NCBI GenBank assembly: GCA_964016885.1
Contig: OZ024741.1
Location: 318,432,001-318,496,000 of the forward strand
Reading direction: 5' to 3'
DNA from: Eledone cirrhosa
Taxonomy: Eukaryota
DNA length: 64,000 nucleotides
The position numbers and the translations under genes were made by a program. How positions within the stretch are numbered: the first letter of the stretch is position 1; each line of letters opens with the position of its first letter. The notes beneath the pieces were generated by a model. The model saw only the letters and a list, made by a program, of their open reading frames with translations, did no database searches and had not been told where the DNA came from. This document shows positions 54,889-64,000 of the stretch, piece by piece.

Positions 54889-55270
54889 TACTCTCGGATC
54901 CCAAATAATAGGTGGGGCTGGAATATGCAGGGGAGTTGGAAAATCGGTAATTTTTCTAGGCTGCTTAAAAAAAAACAAAAAAAATGAAATAGTCATTTAG
55001 TTTACATTAGTCATTTAGTTTACATCCTATTTATTTTATAACGTATGAGATTTCTTGTAATGCACTTCTTTTTGTCGTGTATAATGTTTTTTTAATGAAA
55101 GAAAATTAATTGTCGCAGGAATGCTACCACTTAAAATAAAATAGATAGATTAGCAACATTTTATAAGCGAAAGCGGTGTGAAATAAGAGCGGGAGATTTG
55201 AAAAAAAATCTGAAAAATTAATAACAGGGGTGGGTGGGGGGAGGGACCATTATTCAAGCCCGGGAACCTA
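54889..55270. mobile_element. Probable TA-target TIR MITE nested in a piggyBac-type MITE
   Basis: TACTCTCGGATCCCAAATAAT ... ATTATTCAAGCCCGGGAACCTA degenerate TIRs; host MITE sequence on both sides. Confidence 0.4.
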
Positions 55271-55311
55271 CTACAGAAGGTTTTTTTTTTTTTAGATAAA
55301 TATAAACACTC

Positions 55312-55562
55312 TAAATCTTTCGTTACCATATTTCTAATGTAAGGCATTGCATATGATTATCAAATAGTTTTGAAAATAATCAAGAATTTGGAGGGATTTC
55401 GTAATAAATAATTTTCTCATAATTAAACTGGTATTTGGAGTATAACTTAAAGAATCTTGCATAAAATCACGACGGAAGCATTTTAGATAAATATAAACAC
55501 CTTAAAATAAATAATTTTGTATTGTGGAACCATGAAGCCTTTCATGCGGTTTGGTATCAAAA
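55312..55562 (+). mobile_element. piggyBac-type MITE family copy
   Basis: CTTTCGTTACCATATTTCTAATG...TTTGGTATCAAAA. Confidence 0.7.
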
Positions 55563-55804
55563 TATCAAAAGTGTTCAATGTTATACGAAAAGTAATATAT
55601 ATAGAAGAAATACTCATGTAACTTTTTTGTAGTTGTTCGAAATGCTGTCCGTTTGCTTGAATGCAAGTTCGTTATGACTCCTTCTGCGGTGAAACAAATG
55701 TTATTAAAGATATTGTGTAGAAAAATTGCTTCCTTGTAGACATGGTTAAGGTGGCAGAGTCGTTAGAATGTCGGGCAGAATTCGTTCTGGTATTTATAGC
55801 CCTG

Positions 55805-56100
55805 TAAAGGCGCATGACTTAGTTGTTAGTGTGTTCGACTCACGATTGTGATGTTATGAACTCGTTTCCTGGCAGACCGCTGTATCATTTGGCGGTGTTC
55901 GGTCTATTCAATTAAAAAATATGAGTTACACCTGTTAATCAAAAAGCCAGCCTCGTCACACATTGTCACGCTGAATTTCCCCGAGAACTACGTTAATGGT
56001 TCACATGTCAGTAGAATCTTCAGTCACTTGCATCTTAATTAAATGAGCTGGCTATTCCGTTGATCGAACAACTGAGACACATATTGTTGGGAGCGACAGT
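55805..56100 (+). mobile_element. SINE family 2 nested in an old SINE family 1 (55745-56230)
   Basis: Family 2 head and body flanked by halves of family 1. Confidence 0.65.
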
Positions 56101-56253
56101 AGTTCTACACATTTTTTTAGGTTCTCTGATCTCTGTGTTCAACTCCTGTTGGGGTCAACTTTGTCCTTTCGGGGTTAATAAATTAAGTAGCATGTCTATA
56201 TTTGAGCTGATTTATCCCCACTCTCTTCTCACCTCACACGCTGTCTGTCTGTG

Positions 56254-56290
<37 letters not shown>

Positions 56291-56300
56291 TTATCTATTT

Positions 56301-59148
56301 AGTTAAACAGCACTTGACAGGGGCCACTGTCAACAACAGATGGTGGTACTCTCTCAAGAGGGCAGTTAGATTAGACTCGATAGTTTTTAGTAAAGAATTA
56401 GCGTTAGATAGAAATAGAACCGAGAAGGAACTGGTAGATAAAGTAGAAGAGGCAATTAGAAGTGGCAACGTAGCCAGCATGCTAGCAACGGGAACGGCCT
56501 TGGACCAGTTCTTCGACGCAAAGCACGAGGGCTGCGTTGTCAGAAGCAAAATACGTGCTCTGGGAAACGAGGGAGCCAAAGCTGTTAGCTGGGCCCGAGT
56601 GACGGAGGCAAAAAGTGGCAACAAGTCCACGATTCGGTCTTTGAAGGACCAAAACGGACGCGTGATACGTGAGCCGAAGCAGATGTTTGCGGCCTCTCAG
56701 CGGCACTTTGCTCAATTGTTCGGGCAGGGCGGCGCGCCGGGAGGGTCTATGGATTTCGGTCCATACCTCGACGGCCTACCGCGACTCTCGGACAGCGAGA
56801 CAAAGTTCTGCGAAAAGCCGATTTCAGCCGCTGATAGGGGACGCGCTGAGCCAATGCGGCAAACGCAAATCTCCAGGTCTCGACGGTCTACCCTACGAAT
56901 TTTACGTAGCAATGCCGGACTTATTCTCCGGTCTCCTGGAAGCGGTCTACTGCAACTGGCAACAGAACGGGAGAATTCCCAGTTCTGTGACCGGGGGCAT
57001 AGTCACACTAGTCAGGAAGGACGAAAATAAGGGGGATGACATAGGCAACTTCCGGCCCATAACTCTGCTAAACACAGGAGTTACAGATTTTGGCCAAGGT
57101 GCTGGCAAAAGGCTGGCGCTTGTCGTCGAGAACCTGGTGGGAGAAACGCAGACATGCGCAATCCCGACCAGGTCCATACACGACAACCTCCACCTCATGC
57201 GATACATCATAGAGAGGGTAGGGTGTAAACCCGGCTTCGGTGGGACCCTGATCAACTTAGATCAGTCTAAGGCTTTCGATAGGGTTGACCATCGTTACCT
57301 GGATGCAGTGCTCGAGGCGGCAGGCTTCGGACCCGTGTTCAGGGGCTGGATTGCTGCAATGTACAACAGCAACATCTGCTCAAGGGTCAAGGTGAATGGC
57401 TACCTCTCGGAGCCGTTCCATATCACGCGATCCATTCGACAGGGATGCCCTCTCTCCTCTCTTCTGTACGTACTAACTCTCGAGCCACTACTGCGGAAGT
57501 TGGAGCTATTGCAGGGCATCCCTCTGGAATCGGGACTGCGGAAAGCGGCGTCGGCCTACGCCGACGACGTGACAGTAATGGTGTCGAGCGCCTCGCAAAT
57601 CGAGGAAGTCGGCACCTTACTGAAGGAATACGAAGGTTTCACAGGAGCGAAGCTGAACCGGGACAAGTCCATCGGTTTGCAACTCGGATCGTGGAGAGGC
57701 AAACCGATGCCTTCCGATGTTGTCGTCGGACGCTGGACGGAAGGACCGGTAAAGCTGCTCGGGGTCTAGTTTGGTCCGGACCTCCAGGTGGAGAAGAACT
57801 GGAACGAGGTGACGGCCAAGGTGTTTGCACTCACCCAGAAGTGGGCCGAGTGCAAACTATCCTTGAAAGGTCGAGCGGAGGTGGCGAAAACTTTTATAGC
57901 GTCCGCCATCTACCGTCGTGCCTTGCCCAGCCAAAACGCTCGCCAAAATGGAGCGCGCGCTCTTCCAATTCCTTTGGAAGAGGCGGGCCATTTTGGTGAG
58001 AAGATCCATCTGCTGCCAACACCCTTCCAACGGAGGGCTGGGGGTGCCGTGGCTGACGATGCGCAAACACGCGCTCAGGCCGCGGCATCTCTACGTATTC
58101 CTCACCGGACAACCGGTGTGGGCCCCGTTCGTGAGGCGAGCCTTCCCACGACTCGTCTCGCTGACCGAGCTGCAGTCCTGGGTCAAGCAAAGACCGAGGA
58201 AAATGGGCGACTGGCACATCGAATGTGCTCAGGCGCTCACAGCCCTCTGACAGGCGGACCCGGCGATCAGTGGAGACTCCACTTCGTCATTCTAGAGGGT
58301 TGATCCGCAGCAAGTGCGACGACGCGCTCGGTGAAACTCTAGGCGTGGAGGAAGATGAACTGGCCAGTCTGTTCGGTAGGACCTTCCGCCCGGGAACGAT
58401 GGACAACTTCCAAAAGTCCCTGGCCTGGCAGTGCTACCGAGGAGCTCTACCAGTTCGAGACAAGCTCTACAGACATGGGTTCCCGGGCAGGGACCCTGCA
58501 AAAAAGATCTGTCCGAGGTGCGTGCAAGACGAAGAAACCGTCGCGCACGCATTCATACACTGCCCGGACGTCACCGACCTGTGGGCTATGTAGAACGACT
58601 ATTGTCGCGGGTGGGACCAATCCGGTTGACCACCGAGTCCATTGTCATGATCAAACCGCCACCCTCCTTCAAAAACGAAGGAGAGGCGGTTTTCCTTTGT
58701 GTGATAGCTATGGCGAAAGAGTTGTATGGTGGACAAGGTTGAAAGGGCTGAGGTCAGACACCTTTCTCTCTGGCCAACAACTGATTCTTTTTTTCAAATA
58801 CCACTTTGGAAGAAGAATCAGGATGGAGAGACAGATGTTGTACCCCAGCAAGTTTTATGAAATTGGGTGAAAGTGGCGAGAATGGCCCGAGTGAATGGGC
58901 CTTCTCTCTATATCAGCCTGTAGGTTGAGGAAAAGGAGGAGGAGAGGAAAGGAGTACAAACTCTTCGTACTCCTGGAGATGAGGGTTGCACATTTTTTCG
59001 GGGGTATGAAATGTCTCCCTCTATTGGGGAAAATGGACTAATTTTTAAATTGCATTTGTGATAATATTTTACACGTTTTTATTGTATGTAAACTTCCCCC
59101 TTTGTATTTGTCCCCTTATTTTGTGCCCCTGTGGCTAATAAAGAAACA
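56301..59148 (+). mobile_element. 5'-truncated Tx1/L1-clade LINE, ORF2 pseudogene (RT plus CCHC knuckle)
   Basis: KSPGLDG, NFRPITLLN, LDQSKAFDRVDH, RQGCPLS, YADD and CPRC..EETVAHAFIHC motifs; frameshifts and stops; AATAAA end; 13 bp TSD TATTTATCT(A/G)TTT at 56288-56300 and 59149-59161. Confidence 0.95.
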
Positions 59149-59564
59149 TATTTATCTGTTTGACTGTCTGTCTGTCTCTTTCTCTATAAGTAATTGCTTG
59201 TGTTCAGATCTGGAGAGGTATGGGCTCCGCCAAGTTTAAAGGTCCCGAGACAAGTACCCCTACAACCTCTTCAGGAATTAAAGATTCATAACCATGGCAT
59301 AGACACGAAATATATTTTTTAAAGTAGTTAATTTATATCAACGTTAGATAGATCATAATATAGTTAAAATCCCATAAACATTAGCTAGATCATAGCCTAG
59401 ATAATTCACATTAATGTTAGTTAGATTATAGTATAGTTATGTCACTTCAACGTTAGATAGATCATAGTATAACTGAACGTAGCTTAACTAGAATACAATT
59501 TCAGAGCATACCTATTTAAATTTCTGACTTCTCTTCTTTGCCTCTCTTATCAAGATTCACCATA

Positions 59565-59812
59565 AGGCCTTTTGACACCAAACCACTGAAACCGCCTTCG
59601 GTCGAATAATACAGTGTTCATTATTTTAACGTGTTTATAATTATCTAAAAGCCTTCCATCATAATTTCATATAAGAATCTTTGATAAGCTATGCTCTAAA
59701 CACCAGTATAATAATGAGGAAATGATATTACTAAATCCCTCTAATGACTTGATTACTTTCAAAATGATTTCAAAATTATAGGCAGCATCTTTCATTAGAG
59801 ATATGGTAACAG
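59565..59812 (-). mobile_element. piggyBac-type MITE family copy
   Basis: CCTTTTGACACCAAACC...GATATGGTAACA. Confidence 0.7.
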
Positions 59813-60064
59813 TTTATATTTTTCCGCCCATTTCTATTCATTGCTCTCGGGAGCAATTATATAAGCGATTTAATTCCCATATTGTTTTTACAATTAATTA
59901 TATTTAAAATGGCGTTTATATATATATATATATATATATATTACATAAACACATATTATATACACATATATACACACAAATAAGATATATATGTATATAT
60001 ATATATATAACACACACACATATATACACACAAATAATTCACACACGCACACACACATAAATAC

Positions 60065-60174
<110 letters not shown>

Positions 60175-60694
60175 ATAAATATACATATATATGAGTGTAT
60201 TTGTGTGTAACATTAATATTATTTGATATTTTCAACCACTTAATTACAAAGATTATTTATTTATTATTATTCCATTCAGAATGGAAAATCATCAATTAAG
60301 ATCATATTCGAGTTAATGACAATGTGTAGAATGTTTATATATATTCTGTTCAGTTATTCTCTTCGATTCTCTTATTTTGTTATTCTCTAGTTGTTCCTTC
60401 TTTGCCATTTCCATCGTTGATTCTCTAATATAATTTAAATTTATTGATTAACATTTCACATGAAACAGCTAACATTAATGATGGCTGGCTCTGTCAATAG
60501 ATCGATAACTTTTCTAAATCTCTCTGAAATGAAAATGTCTTCTCGATCACTTTGAGCTGAAAAATTCTTCGATATGAAGAAGTGTAAAATTTAGAGGGAA
60601 AATGTTAATGGAATTGGAACGGAATTAGAGATATCACGTGGTATATAAATATATACACACACATATATATACATATATATATATATATATACAT

Positions 60695-60754
<60 letters not shown>

Positions 60755-60945
60755 TTTTGTTGAAAAACTTGAATCAACAAAAGGAGCAGATAAAACGCAA
60801 CGAAAAAGAGAAAAAAAATCAATGTAAAAAAAATTATATTTATAATAGGTTTCCATTTTGAAATTAAAGTATTCTACACATACGTACACACAGACAGACA
60901 GAGAAATATATATATACACACACACACGCACGCACGCACACACAC

Positions 60946-60988
<43 letters not shown>

Positions 60989-62121
60989 ATTACAATATAG
61001 TGAAACCACGGCCGTGTTTCGGCATGATCATTTTAATTAACGATTTTTCGATTTTCCTTATTAGTTCTTTATGTTTGATTTGGAACAATAGCGTTTCTAA
61101 ATCCATGTATGTATTGATATTTCGAAGTCTCCACGTATTGTGTCTGTGTCTGTGTTTATGTCACATAACTTAGAAGTTCAACAAAAAAGAAACTGATAAA
61201 ATATGTACCATACGTAGAAAAAATATGTTCTGTGGTCGATGCAATCGACTAAATCAAATCAGCATGGCCGTTGTCTAAGGACTGAAACCACTATATTGGT
61301 TTCAGTTAATACGAAGGAAATAGAAAACGTATTTCAGATAGATATATGATAAGAAAAAAGAACAGAGCTTACCATCAGATCGGACCAAGGACACGATATT
61401 TCCTATTAGTTTTTCTATTCCTGCCGGCCACAACTCCTTTCAGATCGAACCAAGGAAACAACGTTTCCATTTTTTTTTCACATTATTAACATTATCTGTT
61501 ATTCACACTCCCATGGCAGAAGGATGCTGGATTTTAACTCAAATCGCAGAGAGCCAGATCGGATATAGCCCAGTCCTGTATCACTCTTTAACAATTCCAG
61601 CAATCTACTGCCCCTTTACTAGTTCTTTATTTATCAAGCCAAAAAGTTAACTTCGATAGGATTCGAACACAGAGCGCAGTAAGTCAAACTAAATATCGAT
61701 ACATTTAATCTGACTCCCTAAATCTTCTATCAATTCTACCAATTCGACCATATATAATCATTACTGAGAAAATAAAACAACAAAAGAAAATGTTAATGAT
61801 TTTGAAAAAGTCTTTTTTCACAAAAGGTTGCATTAAAACTAATTAGGTCACCCTGTCTGATGATTCTGAAGATATTGTCTTTTATAAATGCTAACCAATT
61901 GCTTAATGAGACATTACCATAGTTACAGTTCTGGTAAGTATGAGCAGGGCTGGCGCTACCATTAAGGCTAAATTGAGCAGCCTAGACCTCAAAGGGGCAC
62001 ATTACTAAACTTAAAGAAATAGTTTTATACAAATTTGTATAATTAAATTTAATATATAAAAATTTCCTGCGAAAAAAATAGAGAGACGTGTATGTGTACA
62101 TGTTTATATATATATATATAT

Positions 62122-62168
<47 letters not shown>

Positions 62169-62240
62169 TATGCAACATTAAAAGAAGATATTGTCATCTG
62201 GCCTTCTTATATTTTCATTGAAGTATAATATATATGTATA

Positions 62241-62286
<46 letters not shown>

Positions 62287-62701
62287 AATAATAAATGTGA
62301 AGACTAAAATCCGATAAGGATTATATATATATATATTTTTTTTTTTTCTCTCCCTTTTTCCCAATAACTTCCTTTAGCTATTGACGCACTGGGGTTAGAT
62401 ATATTGCCTTTAATGAGTGGAAATATCCATGATCCCTAGCAGACAACTGATGAAGGAAAATTTTCTCCCGTTCTTGCTTTCCTCTTATTCATATGTACAC
62501 CTTATCCACCAACTACACAACCCATGCTTCTTCTTATATATATATATATATATATATATAAATGAAAATAGAGAAATTAATGTGAGCAAGAAGCCAACAG
62601 TATTTCATAATATATAAGTGACTATAACGTCAAGATGGAAAATATTTAACTTAAGATATGGGAAAATAATTCAATCTCGATTCAAAAAATGTCAAGACAG
62701 A

Positions 62702-62719
62702 AATTTCCCCTCTATATAT

Positions 62720-62763
<44 letters not shown>

Positions 62764-62779
62764 ATATATAGAGGGGAAA
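62702..62779. repeat. Short inverted repeat around (TA)n
   Basis: TTTCCCCTCTATATATTGTAC-(AT)n-GTACAATATATAGAGGGGAAA. Confidence 0.85.
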
Positions 62780-62959
62780 GACACAGAAGAGTGTGTTTTT
62801 CTTTACAAGAATTTCAAACCACCAGCGTGAAGAGAATATAAGTTAATAGAGGCATAGGAAAAACATTAAGGAAAACTCTTTCCTTTGAGCTAATTTAATT
62901 ACAGGATTATACGCGAGTCCTTTGCTCCGTTATTTTACTATATATATATAGAGAGAGAG

Positions 62960-63080
62960 AGAAGTGGTTACACAACAGTTAGTTCACCATACCGAGAACA
63001 ATTGTTTCACCTTAGCGGATCCTCACCTCATAATGGACTGAGTGCTCTACCACTACAGATATTACCTTCCAGTGTTCTAC

Positions 63081-63086
<6 letters not shown>
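62960..63086. mobile_element. Penelope-like family A remnant (arm with hammerhead plus inverted tail)
   Basis: Minus strand GAG-GTGAGGA-TCCGCTAAGGT-GAAAC-AATT-GTT-CTC at ~62992-63029; tail GGACTGAGTGCTCT... on plus. Confidence 0.65.
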
Positions 63087-63138
<52 letters not shown>

Positions 63139-63196
63139 ATGTATGTATGTATGTGTGTATGTACAGTATGTGTATATGTATGTATATATATATATA

Positions 63197-63390
63197 ATCA
63201 ACAAAGCCAGTACTACAAAGATGTAACAGGATAACAGGAACGGGTGTTCCGTTGGCTAGACCAACTTTTCAACCAGGTTGAAAGTTTGGCCCAGCCAGCG
63301 AAATGTATGTTCCTGCTATGTCTTCCTTGTAGTACTGGTCTTATTGAGATGCTCTACGTCTTGGATATTTCTACCAAGTTATTACTACTA
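63197..63390 (+). mobile_element. Degenerate fold-back plus tail element in TA/TG repeats
   Basis: CCAGTACTACAA..CAGGAAC..TTGGCT..TTTCAACC-A-GGTTGAAA..AGCCAG..GTTCCTG..TTGTAGTACTGG, then a ~45 nt tail. Confidence 0.55.
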
Positions 63391-63954
63391 TGTATATAGT
63401 GTGTGTGTTATGTAAGTGTGTATATGCGCATGTGCGTGTGTTCTAGTCTGTGCGTGTTTGTGTGTGTATGCACGCTTGAGTGTCTACCTTGAATGGAAAT
63501 ACACTAGTGAGAAACACCAGCAGAAATTGCGAAAAATGTGGCTCCAGTATGGCTGTAAAAGTACATTCTGAGTTTCAGTGAGTACAACAGGTAACAACAA
63601 GTTCTATTAGAACAAATAGTATAATGGATTGACTATTAGGCGGCCAGTTGGCGTCTTTAAACCCGCACATTATTGAAAAGAACTAAGGCTGTTTAAGCCT
63701 CTTACATAAAAGTGCCTATGTACGTCGTTGTTTTCAATGAAGCAGGCTCGTCAAGTTCTCTGGAGGTTGAGAACATTCGGGAAAACAATAAGAGGGGTAG
63801 GAGTTATAACATTCTACCTTACATTAGATTATGCGGTTTCATGCGGGACTGGACGTTAAGTGAATTACAGGCTTTTGTTTAATGAAATAGAAGCTTTCAC
63901 CGTATTTTGACTACAGAAAATAATAGGGTATATATGTGCCCAAGCTTAAAAAAT

Positions 63955-64000
63955 GGGCATCAACATGCGTGGGAATCGAACCCACACCTCTTGTTCAGGT
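63955..64000 (-). other. tRNA-like T-arm/B box, probably a SINE head cut by the window edge
   Basis: Minus strand GTGGGTTCGATTCCCAC stem-loop. Confidence 0.4.

Noticed and set aside
62440-62475. CTGATGAAGG as a hammerhead
   Set aside because: No matching GAAA-UH and stem I
63955-64000. Functional tRNA gene
   Set aside because: Only a T-arm is visible, it is truncated by the window, and no acceptor stem can be verified

Overview
Eukaryotic, AT-rich DNA saturated with microsatellites. The SINE families, RTE/Tx1 LINEs and (TA)n/(CA)n density point to a coleoid cephalopod, most likely Octopus (inferred from repeat recognition, not from a search). The only convincing host coding sequence is a ~5.5 kb low-complexity exon on the minus strand (47934-42389). 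It ends at a splice donor, so much of the left part of the window is probably intron. The rest is tRNA-derived SINEs, RTE and Tx1/L1 LINE fragments, a composite non-autonomous Helitron, piggyBac-type MITEs and several minisatellites. Nearly all short ORFs in the track are microsatellite artefacts. The most notable pattern is at least six unrelated families of fold-back elements embedded in (TA)n. Each is an inverted repeat with a one-sided 45-80 nt tail, and the arms carry complete or half type-I hammerhead ribozyme motifs, which matches the inverted pseudo-LTR architecture of Penelope-like retroelements. One is a near-perfect 530 bp palindrome; another (1.5 kb) encloses RTE-LINE cargo. All alignments and folds were done by eye, so boundaries are approximate.
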